Shown here piece by piece: positions 29,691 through 39,427 of a stretch of 64,000 nt of DNA; position 1 is the first letter of the stretch, and each line of letters opens with the position of its first letter. The position numbers and the translations under genes are program-made. Below the pieces are notes generated by a model, which ran no database searches, was not told the DNA's origin, and worked only from the letters and a program-made list of their open reading frames with translations. Origin of the DNA: Gammaproteobacteria bacterium (GTDB lineage: Bacteria > Pseudomonadota > Gammaproteobacteria > Steroidobacterales > Steroidobacteraceae); the NCBI GenBank assembly GCA_025355165.1, contig JANYAD010000048.1:15071-79070 (forward strand), in the 5' to 3' direction.

Positions 29691-30875
29691 TTACGCCCGA
29701 AGAACCTCTTTCAGCCGCGCCAGATCGGCATGGCGCGTGGGAAGATCAGGGCGGTCCGCCGATTGACGTAGATCGCGGAGAATTTCCAGCGAGCGCAACA
29801 ACACTGGCAGAGGAGGGCCGCTTGCCGTAATGGCGGCGAGGTGTTGTCCATTCAGCACCGCAGCGGGCTCTTCAATGAATCGGGCTACGAGCTTGTCGTG
29901 ATGTTGAGATGCCGCCTGCGCAAATAGGTCGCACACCTCCAGAAAGCTGCGCACATTGCTTTGGAACCACGAGGCCTCGCGGTGCTCCTCGACTAGAAAT
30001 AGCAGTTCATCGAGCAAGCTCGTATGCGTCATGGCATCCCGCAGTCGCGCTTGATCCGCAGGCAGCATGAAGGGCATCTTATCGACCAACAATTGCGCGT
30101 AGTAGGGATCATTCGCACGGCAAAGGCCGAGCAGAAGGTCGATTTCATTAATGCCGGCGAAATCCCCTGCATTCGCGCCGCGATATTCTTGGCGGCCGAC
30201 CCGGTACGGCTTGTAATAAGGCCGCACGCTATAGAAAAAGCGCTCAACATTGAGGTCGTCGAATAGACTTTGATTAAAGCGGATCACGCTTTCCAACGCC
30301 CTCCTCGCATCCTCGAAGAGGATATCGGCGACTGGGCTCGAGACGCCGAGCGGAATGATGCGAGTCAGCGCATCCGCTGCGCGTTGGAAGGAGAGGATAC
30401 CGCGCGTGTTTTGATCGATGAACAGGAACTCGTCCGCCAACGAAGTAAAACTCTTGCGTAGTCCTGCAACCGATAGATTATGGGTCGTAAGATGCGCGGT
30501 GGCGAAGCGCGGCGCCATACCGATGGAGGCGCCGACATGCAGCGCCAGCGAGGAGGCCTCGGGGAAGGGAGAGCGCTCCTCGCGAATAGGATTGGTTAGT
30601 TCATGCCTGCGCAACGCGGCCAGATACATCCCCACATTGCCCAGAACCGAGAAACCGCTCTCAAAGCCATCACCTGTATTACCTTCAGCCAGCAAGTCCA
30701 CGATAAAGCGATGTCCCTCCTCAAGCAGCCGTTCTTTTAAGTCCATACCGACGCCTAAGACGTGTGCACGATCGCTCTGCGTAAAATAAAGATTCTCAAG
30801 ATCAGTATTTATTTCAACGAAGGAAGTGCGGATCCACTGCTCGAAAGCCTGAACCCGGGTGCTGACTATGGCCAT
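29691..30875 (-). CDS. PrnB/DUF1864-family protein (IDO/TDO-like haem enzyme fold)
   Basis: 394 aa. The core FFYSVRPYYKPYRVGRQEYRGANAGDFAGINEIDLLLG and the C-terminal ASGPPLPVLLRSLEIL resemble, from memory, the PrnB core (RPFYEPIRVGGQSY.G...). This needs an HMM check. Confidence 0.6.
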   Translation of the reverse strand: MAIVSTRVQAFEQWIRTSFVEINTDLENLYFTQSDRAHVLGVGMDLKERLLEEGHRFIVDLLAEGNTGDGFESGFSVLGNVGMYLAALRRHELTNPIREERSPFPEASSLALHVGASIGMAPRFATAHLTTHNLSVAGLRKSFTSLADEFLFIDQNTRGILSFQRAADALTRIIPLGVSSPVADILFEDARRALESVIRFNQSLFDDLNVERFFYSVRPYYKPYRVGRQEYRGANAGDFAGINEIDLLLGLCRANDPYYAQLLVDKMPFMLPADQARLRDAMTHTSLLDELLFLVEEHREASWFQSNVRSFLEVCDLFAQAASQHHDKLVARFIEEPAAVLNGQHLAAITASGPPLPVLLRSLEILRDLRQSADRPDLPTRHADLARLKEVLRA

Positions 30876-30921
30876 GTCTGCTTTTCCATGGAGTGATACA
30901 GGTTAAGTTGACCGGGCAACT

Positions 30922-31344
30922 CTAGAGTTTGTGCGTAGACAGCAACAAGCTGGTTTCGCTGGCGGAAATTCCGACAATAAGCCGAGTTCGGCTCAACACC
31001 CGATCGAAAGCCTGCAAGTTGTCAGCTTTTATTTCCGCAACAAGGTCCCAACGTCCATTCGTCGTGTATAGGGTGACGATCGATGGATCGCCTCGAAGGG
31101 TGCGCAAAACGGCCTCGAGACGGTTGCCCTCCACGGCGATGGTCATCAACGCGGAGATGCGCTGCTCGTCGATGGTGGCGCGCATGCGAATGGTAAAACC
31201 CGCGATGGTTCCGTCGCGCTCCAATTTTGTCAGGCGATTTTGCACGGTGCCCCGCGACACCTTCAGTGTCTTCGCCAACAATGTCAGCGGCGTGCGTGCA
31301 TTGTCGCGTAGCTGCGCAATCAGCCTGCGGTCCAGGTCATCCAT
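30922..31344 (-). CDS. lrp: Lrp/AsnC-family transcriptional regulator
   Basis: 140 aa: MDDLDRRLIAQLRDNARTPLTLLAKTLKVSRGTVQNRLTKLERDGTIAGFT plus a RAM domain. Confidence 0.9.
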   Translation of the reverse strand: MDDLDRRLIAQLRDNARTPLTLLAKTLKVSRGTVQNRLTKLERDGTIAGFTIRMRATIDEQRISALMTIAVEGNRLEAVLRTLRGDPSIVTLYTTNGRWDLVAEIKADNLQAFDRVLSRTRLIVGISASETSLLLSTHKL

Positions 31345-31492
31345 CGACGTTCTCCTGTCTCTATGCTAATTCTCTCTGGCGTTATGCGCAAATTACTTCG
31401 CATTTAGAGCATTCTGTAGCTTCTTGTTAGGCAAGTCTCCTGCCATTATTTGCGGCATTGCGGTCAGCGCCGACGTCCGGACGACTAAAATA

Positions 31493-32560
31493 ATGGTTGA
31501 CTACATTGGTGTGAGCGACATTTTGCGTCTCGTCAGGCGGGAGGGGACGGGCCATTTCATCAGCCGTCTGGCAGATGAAATCGAGCGCGATTATGGCCGG
31601 TGGGGCGATTTTGAGAAGTCTGCTCGCTTGGCGAGTCACTCCGCAGCCGGTGTCATTGAACTGATGCCGACCAGCGATGGAAATCTCTATTCCTTCAAGT
31701 ATGTCAACGGTCATCCGAAGAACACAGCGGCCGGCCTTTTGACGGTCACCGCTTTTGGCGTGCTTGCCGACGTGAAAACCGGATACCCCATGCTGTTGTC
31801 CGAGCTCACCGTGACTACCGCGCTGCGCACTGCAGCGATGTCCGCCCTCGCGGCGCGTTATCTCGCGCGGTCCGACAGCCGGGTCATGGCACTTATTGGC
31901 AACGGGGCGCAAAGCGAATTTCAAGCGATCGGGTTTCATCGCATGTTGGGCATCCGCGAATTGAGGCTGTACGATACGGATCCGAAGGCGACTGAGAAGC
32001 TGCAGCGAAATCTGCGTGCAATGCCTGATCTCCATGACCTGCATATTGTGCGTGCCAGCTCTAGTTCGGATGCGTGCAAAGGTGCGGATATCGTCACTAC
32101 CGTGACCGCCGACAAACGCAATGCCATCATTCTGACGCCGCCGATGATTTTGCCCGGCATGCACTTGAATGCCGTAGGTGGAGATTGTCCCGGCAAGACC
32201 GAATTGCATCCGGATATACTGCGGATGAGCAATATCAGCGTGGTGGTCGAGTACGAGCCGCAATCACGGATCGAAGGCGAGATTCAGCAGATGGACTCGC
32301 AATATCCAGTCACTGAATTTTCGGATCTGGCACGGGGCGTGAGCTCTGGGCGCGTAAACGCTTCGCAAGTCACGGTGTTCGATTCGGTCGGATTTGCGCT
32401 GGAGGACTATTCGGCATTGCGATTCCTGCATCAGCTGTTGCACGAAGAGCGGGGGGCGGCGCGGCAAATAGATCTTGTGCCGGAGCTTGATGATCCCAAA
32501 GATCTTTACGGCGGGACGCTGGGAGGCCGAGCGCCGGCCCGCCTGCGCAAAACCGCCTAA
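31493..32560 (+). CDS. ocd: Ornithine cyclodeaminase
   Basis: 355 aa from the ATG at 31493. It is near-collinear with known OCDs: FEKSARLASHS..GVIELMP, FKYVNGHP.NT, LSELT..TALRTAA, IGNGAQSEFQA, HLNAVGGDCPGKTEL, VEYEPQSRIEGEIQQ, VFDSVGFALEDY. Confidence 0.93.
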   Translation: MVDYIGVSDILRLVRREGTGHFISRLADEIERDYGRWGDFEKSARLASHSAAGVIELMPTSDGNLYSFKYVNGHPKNTAAGLLTVTAFGVLADVKTGYPMLLSELTVTTALRTAAMSALAARYLARSDSRVMALIGNGAQSEFQAIGFHRMLGIRELRLYDTDPKATEKLQRNLRAMPDLHDLHIVRASSSSDACKGADIVTTVTADKRNAIILTPPMILPGMHLNAVGGDCPGKTELHPDILRMSNISVVVEYEPQSRIEGEIQQMDSQYPVTEFSDLARGVSSGRVNASQVTVFDSVGFALEDYSALRFLHQLLHEERGAARQIDLVPELDDPKDLYGGTLGGRAPARLRKTA

Positions 32561-32562
32561 GC

Positions 32563-33522
32563 ATGCCGATGAATAGGCATGTTTCACTGATCGGCGCGCC
32601 GAGCGACGTCGGGGCAGGTACCCGCGGCGCATCGATGGGCCCGGAGGCGCTCCGCGTGGCCGAGATCGCGGCCGTGCTCACCTCGCAGGGCCTCGATGTA
32701 TGCGACCGCGGCGATTTGCAAGGACCAACGAACCCGTCACGGGGGCCGGTAGACGGTTATCGTCATCTCGCTGAAGTGACGCGGTGGAATCTCACAGTAC
32801 ACGACGCGGTGGCCGCGGAGCTGGCTCAGGCTCGAATGCCGATTCTTTTGGGCGGCGACCACTGCTTGAGTATCGGATCGATCAGTGCGGTGGCGCGTCA
32901 CTGTCGGCAAGAAGGCCGAAAATTGCGGGTCCTATGGTTGGATGCCCATGCAGACTTCAATACCCATATCCTGACGCCGAGCGGCAACCTGCACGGCATG
33001 CCGGTGGCATGTTTATGTGGATACGGACCTGCGGCTCTCACGCAAATGTCAGGTGAGATCCCGGCGCTTGCCCCAGCAAGCATGCGATTGATCGGCATAC
33101 GCAGCGTTGACCAGGGCGAGAAGCGATTTGTGCATGATGCCGGCCTCGAAGTCTTCGACATGCGATACATCGATGAGCGCGGCATGCGGCACACGCTGGC
33201 CAAGGCGCTGGACTCGCTCGGCAGCGATACTCATTTGCATGTGAGCTTCGATGTGGACTTTCTGGATCCGGAGATTGCCCCTGGCGTAGGCACCGCCGTG
33301 CCCGGCGGCCCCTCCTATCGGGAAGCGCAACTGTGCATGGAGATGGTTGCGGATTCGGGGCAGATGGGTTCTCTCGACATCATGGAGTTGAATCCGTCCC
33401 TGGACCTTCGCAATCGAACCGCCGTCGTAGCGGTGGAACTTGTCGCCTCACTGTTCGGCAAAAGTACCTTGATGCGTCGTGAGCAAAAGCCTTATGCGGC
33501 ATTAGCTGGGGCAAGGCATTGA
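32563..33522 (+). CDS. rocF: Arginase
   Basis: 319 aa with ureohydrolase Mn-ligand blocks LGGDHCLSIGS, WLDAHADFNT, SFDVDFLDP and GGPSYRE. It starts 2 nt after the ocd stop. Confidence 0.92.
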   Translation: MPMNRHVSLIGAPSDVGAGTRGASMGPEALRVAEIAAVLTSQGLDVCDRGDLQGPTNPSRGPVDGYRHLAEVTRWNLTVHDAVAAELAQARMPILLGGDHCLSIGSISAVARHCRQEGRKLRVLWLDAHADFNTHILTPSGNLHGMPVACLCGYGPAALTQMSGEIPALAPASMRLIGIRSVDQGEKRFVHDAGLEVFDMRYIDERGMRHTLAKALDSLGSDTHLHVSFDVDFLDPEIAPGVGTAVPGGPSYREAQLCMEMVADSGQMGSLDIMELNPSLDLRNRTAVVAVELVASLFGKSTLMRREQKPYAALAGARH

Positions 33523-33604
33523 ATTCGTAGTTGACCGGTTAATCTCTCCAAAGCCGAGCGTATCGGCAGGGACTTCAGACGCCGTAAAAGTGGGTATAGC
33601 CCGG

Positions 33605-34423
33605 CTACAACAGCGCGTCGATCGCTGCGCGCTCCTCAGCGGAGAGTTTGAGTTCGAATATGCTCAAGTCCTGGCGCATGTGCAATTCGGAACGGGTTCC
33701 GGTCAACGGTACGACGTCACTTTGCGTCAAATACCGCAACAGGATCTGGGCCGGCGTGCGAGCGTGCTGAGCTGCCAATCCGGCGATCGCCGGATGGCCA
33801 AGTAGGTGTGGGTTTGCCGTGAGTGTCCAAAAGCTCTGGTAGATGATCCCATTTGCGGTGCAGAATGCGCGTATCTCGCGGTCGTAGCGCGTGTCGGCGT
33901 AGAAACGATTCTGCACGACGCTGGGTTTGATGAGCGCCGAATGAAACAGCGCTTGTAGCTCACTGAGCTGGTAGCAGTTGCTGATCCCCAGACTCCGGAT
34001 GCCGCCATCCGCGACTCCGGTTTCCATGGCGCGCCATGCTTCCCTGGTTTGCTTCGGAGTCGTTAGCGGCGAATGCAGTATTAGGCAGTCAAGATAAGTG
34101 GTACGCAAATTTCGCAGCGAGACGGCGAGGGATTGTGCCACCTGCTCGGACAGCGCCGCCTTCGGATCGTAGGGAACGTTCAACGGGTCTTGCCCGGATA
34201 GGGGCGTGAACTTGGTCTGAAGATACAGTTGAGTGCGGGTGAGAGAGCCCTCTAGACACGCGGCGACGCCGGCGCCGACACCGGCTTCCTCGTAGTGCTT
34301 GGGTTGACACGCAGTATCGATGCCCCGAAATCCTTGCTGAATTGCCCTGCTGACCAGGTGCGAGGTGCTGGCCTTTTTCCAGGCAGTCCCGTAAATGATT
34401 CGGACTTCGCGCGCGTTCGGCAT
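33605..34423 (-). CDS. Aldo/keto reductase family oxidoreductase
   Basis: 272 aa from the ATG at 34423: IIYGTAWKK, GFRGIDTACQPKHY, LDCLILHSP, SLGISNC. Confidence 0.85.
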   Translation of the reverse strand: MPNAREVRIIYGTAWKKASTSHLVSRAIQQGFRGIDTACQPKHYEEAGVGAGVAACLEGSLTRTQLYLQTKFTPLSGQDPLNVPYDPKAALSEQVAQSLAVSLRNLRTTYLDCLILHSPLTTPKQTREAWRAMETGVADGGIRSLGISNCYQLSELQALFHSALIKPSVVQNRFYADTRYDREIRAFCTANGIIYQSFWTLTANPHLLGHPAIAGLAAQHARTPAQILLRYLTQSDVVPLTGTRSELHMRQDLSIFELKLSAEERAAIDALL

Positions 34424-34761
34424 TGTAGGTACTCGCTTTGTTGTCGTTACAATTTTAGCCAGCGGTGTGCAGTAACGCGAGAGAACGGGGTGCGAGTGGG
34501 GTGAGCTAATCCACAACCCTGAGTTGTATACTGCCAGCGCGTCGGATGGTGCGCGGCGGCGGATTTAACGGCAAAATCTGGGCTGAGGCTAAGACAGAGT
34601 GCAGTGGGCGCTGTTCCTCCGCTGCCTGCCAGGCCGGCCCGTAGCGCTCGGCTCGACTAATCGCCGGTGAACCGGCCGCGTCGCATTTCCGATTTATAAT
34701 TCCCTGTCCCCGTTGGGTTTGGAATCCGACGTTTTTTGAGCATGGCTAATGAGGAATTGCG

Positions 34762-36777
34762 ATGAGCACGGCCCCGGAACCGGTTGGTACTATAGGCGTC
34801 GCATTGGCTCACGCCGCCCGGCTGTTGGAAAGCCGCCCCGATCTGGCCGCGCAGCAGGCCGTTGAAATCCTCAAGTCGACGCCCGGCCATCCTCTGGCAA
34901 CGCTGCTTTTGGGAGTGGCGCGGCGGGTCTGCGGCGAGGGCAACGCCGCGCTCAAAGTATTGCAACCGCTCGCCGCGCTTCACCCCCAATGGGCCCTGGC
35001 CCACTACGAGCTGGCTCTGGCATATGGTGAAAGTGAGCGCAGCGCCGACGCGTTGGATGCGCTGCATAGCGCGCTCGCACTGAAACCGGAGATGGCGGAC
35101 GCGTGGCGCGCGCTTGGCGATCAGCTTTCGATCGCGGGCGACAGCGCCGGCGCCGATGCCGCCTATGCCCAGAACATCAAGGCGTCCACCCATGACCCGC
35201 GATTGCTCAAGGCGGCAGCCGCGCTGTGTGAAAACCAGATTCCGCAGGCTGAAGCGCAGCTGCGCGCACACCTCAAGAAACATCCCACCGATGTTGCCGC
35301 GTTGCGCATGTTGGCGGAAGTGGCGGCGCGGCTGCAGCGTTACCACGATGCGGAGGCGCTACTGGCGCGATGTCTCGAGCTGTCGCCGAGCTTCACTGCC
35401 GCTCGGCACCATCATGCCATCGTGCTGCATAGACAGAACAAGCCCGCCGCGGCCTTGCAGGAGGTGGATGAATTATTGGCCAAAGAGCCGCGCCATCCCG
35501 GCTACAACAATCTGAAAGCGGCAATCCTCGCGCGCATCGGTGAGTTGGACGAATCGATTGAAATTTACGGCGGCCTGCTCGCTCAATATCCGGCTCAACC
35601 GAAAATTTGGATGAGTTACGGTCACGCACTCAAAACCAAAGGCCGTGAACAGGAAAGCGTCGCGGCGTACAAAAAGAGTATTGAACTGCTGCCCAGTCTC
35701 GGCGAAGCATATTGGAGCCTGGCGAACCTCAAGACCTCTCCCTTTGCGGAACAAGATCTGGCATCGATGCGTGCGCAATTGGCAAACCCCGGCATCGGGG
35801 ACGAGGATAGATTTCATCTGAATTTCGCCTTAGGCAAGGCTTTGGAGGACCGCGGCGCGTATGCCGAGTCCTTCGAGCAGTACGCGCTCGGCAATCGATT
35901 ACGGCGCACGCAGATCTCCTATAATCCCGATGAGATGACCACGCATGTGGCGCGGGTCAAAGCCTTGTGCACGGCCGCGTTTTTTGCCGATCGATTGAGC
36001 TTTGGTGCCGCGGCGCATGACCCGATTTTTATCGTGGGCTTGCCGCGCGCGGGCTCGACTCTACTCGAGCAAATCTTGTCGAGTCATTCACAAGTTGAAG
36101 GCACGATGGAGCTGCCGGACATCCCCGCGATCGCCAGAACACTGTCGCAACTCGGCAAGCACTCCGCCGAAGGATACACGGCAGTACTGGCAACTTTAAC
36201 TGCCAGCGAATGTGCCGAGCTTGGCGAGCGTTATCTAGCCCAAACGCGCATTCAAAGAAAAACCGCAGCACCGTTTTTTATCGACAAATTGCCAAATAAT
36301 TTTGCTCATATCGCGCTGATTCGACTGGCGTTGCCGCATGCCAAGATCGTTGATGCGCGCCGCCATCCACTCGGGTGTTGCTTCTCCGGCTTCAAACAAC
36401 ATTTCGCGCGCGGCCAAAACTTTACCTACAGTCTGGAGGACATCGGTCGGTATTATCGCGATTACGTGGAATTAATGGCTCATTTCGACTCTGTACAGCC
36501 GGGGCGAGTTCATCGAGTCATCTACGAATCGATGATCCAAGACACGGAGGGTGAAGTTCGTCGACTGTTGGACTATTGCGGCCTGCCGTTCGAAGAGAGC
36601 TGTCTGCATTTTTTCAAGAATGATCGGGCGGTGCGGACCGCGAGTTCACAGCAAGTTCGCAGGCCGATTTTCCGCGACGGCGTTGATCACTGGCAGCACT
36701 ACGAACCTTGGCTTGGGCCCCTGAAGCAGGCTCTCGGAAACGTCCTCAATGCCTATCCCCGCGCCCCTGAGTTTTGA
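34762..36777 (+). CDS. TPR-repeat protein fused to a sulfotransferase domain
   Basis: 671 aa. The N-terminal ~380 aa are TPR repeats. The C-terminus has the PAPS-binding 5'-PSB motif (FIVGLPRAGSTLLEQILSSH) and a 3'-PB-like region (RRHPLGCCFS). GAGGA lies 7 nt upstream. Confidence 0.9.
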   Translation: MSTAPEPVGTIGVALAHAARLLESRPDLAAQQAVEILKSTPGHPLATLLLGVARRVCGEGNAALKVLQPLAALHPQWALAHYELALAYGESERSADALDALHSALALKPEMADAWRALGDQLSIAGDSAGADAAYAQNIKASTHDPRLLKAAAALCENQIPQAEAQLRAHLKKHPTDVAALRMLAEVAARLQRYHDAEALLARCLELSPSFTAARHHHAIVLHRQNKPAAALQEVDELLAKEPRHPGYNNLKAAILARIGELDESIEIYGGLLAQYPAQPKIWMSYGHALKTKGREQESVAAYKKSIELLPSLGEAYWSLANLKTSPFAEQDLASMRAQLANPGIGDEDRFHLNFALGKALEDRGAYAESFEQYALGNRLRRTQISYNPDEMTTHVARVKALCTAAFFADRLSFGAAAHDPIFIVGLPRAGSTLLEQILSSHSQVEGTMELPDIPAIARTLSQLGKHSAEGYTAVLATLTASECAELGERYLAQTRIQRKTAAPFFIDKLPNNFAHIALIRLALPHAKIVDARRHPLGCCFSGFKQHFARGQNFTYSLEDIGRYYRDYVELMAHFDSVQPGRVHRVIYESMIQDTEGEVRRLLDYCGLPFEESCLHFFKNDRAVRTASSQQVRRPIFRDGVDHWQHYEPWLGPLKQALGNVLNAYPRAPEF

Positions 36778-36865
36778 ATATAGATCGGGAATGACGTACC
36801 CTCCAATGGATGGTAGGCGCGAAAGCGCCAAAATAGGCATGAATGCCGGAATATAGGGGTGGGGA

Positions 36866-39283
36866 ATGACACGTAGCCGACAGCGAAAACTCAGGCGTCT
36901 TCGGGCGAAAACTGGCCAACGGATGATGTGGGCGATGTTGCCTGTGGGGTCGGCGCTGCTCGGCTGCATGCAGCTTGCGCAGGCCGCGGATACCAGCGAT
37001 ACCGGCACACTGGCGGAAATCGTGGTTACCGCGCAGAAGCGAACCGAGAACCTGCAAGACGTGCCAGTCAGCATTCAGGCTTTCAGCACGAAGAAGTTGG
37101 AAGAACTGGGCATCAACAGCTTTGATGACTACGCCAAATACCTGCCCAGCGTTTCATTTCAGAAGGTCGGCAGTCCGAGCGTTGAGCATACGTATATGCG
37201 CGGCGTCTCCAGCGGCGGAGATGGCAACCACTCCGGCTCCCAGCCTAGCGTCGGCATGTATTTGGACGAGCAGCCGATTACGACCATTGACGGCAACCTC
37301 AATGTTCATATCTACGATATCGAGCGCGTCGAAGCGTTGGCCGGCCCGCAAGGAACCCTGTATGGGGCCAGTTCACAGTCGGGAACCATTCGCATTATAA
37401 CCAACAAGCCGGATCCGAGCGGCTTCAAAGCCGGCTACGACGTGGGCGTGAACCAAGTAGCTCATGGCGGCGTCGGCTACAGCGTCGAAGCGTTTGCCAA
37501 TCTCCCGCTGACTGATTTCGCAGCCATTCGCCTGGTCGGTTGGGATGTGCATGATGCGGGTTATATCAACAATGTGCATGGAGCGGTAACCTTCCCCACT
37601 TCTGGCATTGCGTTCGACAACTCGGCCTTGGTGAAAAATCACTACAACACCGTCGAGACCAAGGGTGGCCGCGCCGCTCTGAAGGTCAATATCAACGATA
37701 GTTGGACGATTACGCCTACCGCCATGGGCCAGGTGCAGCAAACCGATGGCGACTTCGCCTACAACCCGGCCCTCGGTGATTTGAACGTGCAGCATTGGTT
37801 TCCGCAAAGCATTCACGACTCGTGGGTTCAGTCAGCGCTCGCCGTCGAAGGTAAGATCGGCAATTTCGACCTGGTTTATGCGGGAGCGTATTTGACCCGC
37901 AACACTCACGAACAGAACGATTACACCGACTACTCGTTGTTTTACGACAGCGCGTACGGAAAATATTTCGTGGACAATGCTGGGAATCTAATCAATCCTG
38001 CGCAAACCATTATCGGCCGAGATCACTACACTAAATACAGTCACGAACTGCGCGTTTCCTCCCCGAAGGAAAACCGCTTCCGATTCGTCGGCGGGTTATT
38101 TCTCGAGCGGCAGGTGCATGAGATCCTTCAAGACTACGTCGTTAACAACGGCGATCCCCTGGGGTCCGTAGCGCCAAACGATGTTTCCGTTCCAGGGTGG
38201 CCGGGTACCCTCTGGCTGACCAATCAAGAGCGCGTCGATCGAGATCGGGCTGTATTCGGCGAGTTTACGTTTGATTTTACCAATGCGCTCTCGGCGAGTG
38301 CGGGGCTGCGGCACTTCACTTACGATAACAACCTGCAGGGCTTTTACGGGTTCAGCTCAAATTACAGCTCGCATACCGGGGTGGCCATCTGCGCTAAGCC
38401 ATTCGTGCCTTTTCACGGCGCACCGTGCAGCGACCTCAACCGAGGTACCTCAGGCTCCGGTAATTCGCCAAAAATAAATCTGACCTACAAAATTGACCAT
38501 GATCGAATGGTCTACGTCACCTATTCGAAGGGGTTTCGACCCGGCGGCGTCAATCGCAACGGCGGTGGGACGATTCCGCCTTATCAACCGGATTATTTGA
38601 AGAACTACGAGATTGGCTGGAAAACAACTTGGTTCGACAACCGATTGCGGTTCAATGGGGCGTTTTTCAGGGAAGACTGGTCGAACTTCCAATTCTCCTA
38701 CCTCGGGGCGAATTCGCTCACTATCGTTACCAACGCAGGACAAGCGAGGATTGATGGATTGGAGGCAGACTTGGAGTTCGCTGCAACTCAGAACTTCACC
38801 ATGAGCGGCGGGTTCTCGCTGCTTGATGCCAAACTCACGCAAACGTTTTGCGGAGATCCGAGTGTATGCGGTGCGCCCGGCTTTAATCCAGGCACGTACG
38901 AGCAGTATACGGCGTCCGGAACGCGGCTGCCGGTCACGCCCAAGTTCAAGGGTAATATCACCGGCCGGTATTCCTTTCCGATCGGGTCCTACAATGGACA
39001 CGTCCAGGCCTCGGCCGTTCATGTGGGGGAGCGCACCAGCGATTTGCGCACGCTGGCGGCCAATGCATTGGGCGATGAGCCTGCGTACACGGTTGTTGAT
39101 TTTTCGGCGGGAATGGAAATTAAGAGCTTTCATTACCAGGTATATGTCGACAATGCATTCGACAAGCGAGCTGTTCTCAATAAATACGCGGAATGCGACG
39201 TTTTGCTGTGCGGCGCGATAGCTAAATACATTGTGCCCAACCAGCCACGCACCGTCGGCGTGAAGTTCGGACAGAAGTTCTGA
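36866..39283 (+). CDS. TonB-dependent receptor
   Basis: 805 aa. The TonB box/plug reads LAEIVVTAQKRTENLQDVPVSIQAF...; then a barrel and a terminal ...GVKFGQKF. Confidence 0.95.
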   Translation: MTRSRQRKLRRLRAKTGQRMMWAMLPVGSALLGCMQLAQAADTSDTGTLAEIVVTAQKRTENLQDVPVSIQAFSTKKLEELGINSFDDYAKYLPSVSFQKVGSPSVEHTYMRGVSSGGDGNHSGSQPSVGMYLDEQPITTIDGNLNVHIYDIERVEALAGPQGTLYGASSQSGTIRIITNKPDPSGFKAGYDVGVNQVAHGGVGYSVEAFANLPLTDFAAIRLVGWDVHDAGYINNVHGAVTFPTSGIAFDNSALVKNHYNTVETKGGRAALKVNINDSWTITPTAMGQVQQTDGDFAYNPALGDLNVQHWFPQSIHDSWVQSALAVEGKIGNFDLVYAGAYLTRNTHEQNDYTDYSLFYDSAYGKYFVDNAGNLINPAQTIIGRDHYTKYSHELRVSSPKENRFRFVGGLFLERQVHEILQDYVVNNGDPLGSVAPNDVSVPGWPGTLWLTNQERVDRDRAVFGEFTFDFTNALSASAGLRHFTYDNNLQGFYGFSSNYSSHTGVAICAKPFVPFHGAPCSDLNRGTSGSGNSPKINLTYKIDHDRMVYVTYSKGFRPGGVNRNGGGTIPPYQPDYLKNYEIGWKTTWFDNRLRFNGAFFREDWSNFQFSYLGANSLTIVTNAGQARIDGLEADLEFAATQNFTMSGGFSLLDAKLTQTFCGDPSVCGAPGFNPGTYEQYTASGTRLPVTPKFKGNITGRYSFPIGSYNGHVQASAVHVGERTSDLRTLAANALGDEPAYTVVDFSAGMEIKSFHYQVYVDNAFDKRAVLNKYAECDVLLCGAIAKYIVPNQPRTVGVKFGQKF

Positions 39284-39427
39284 AGCGAGCGATAGGCGTC
39301 TACGCGCGCCTGTGCCCCCAAGCGTTGCTGCCGCGAATTGAGCGGGGAAGCGTTGCTTGAAATGAGATGCGTGGTAAGTGTTGCCGCGCCTCGATCATTT
39401 TCGGCATAAACGACACTGCAGCGCGTG

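Noticed and set aside
31345-31492. An ATGCG-N10-CGCAT inverted repeat in the lrp / ocd divergent intergenic region, considered as a possible Lrp box.
   Set aside because: Only the 5-bp arms pair and the interior is not symmetric. It is not distinguishable from chance without comparative data.
34657-35346. A 229-aa minus-strand ORF.
   Set aside because: It is antisense to the TPR region of the sulfotransferase gene, with an Arg/Gly/Gln-rich shadow-frame composition.
39320-39357. A 10-nt direct repeat AAGCGTTGCT occurs twice, 28 nt apart. It flanks a small CCGC-gaattga-GCGG hairpin between the convergent TBDR and permease genes.
   Set aside because: The repeat is short and occurs only twice, so it is compatible with chance or a weak bidirectional terminator. 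I saw no further copies in the window.
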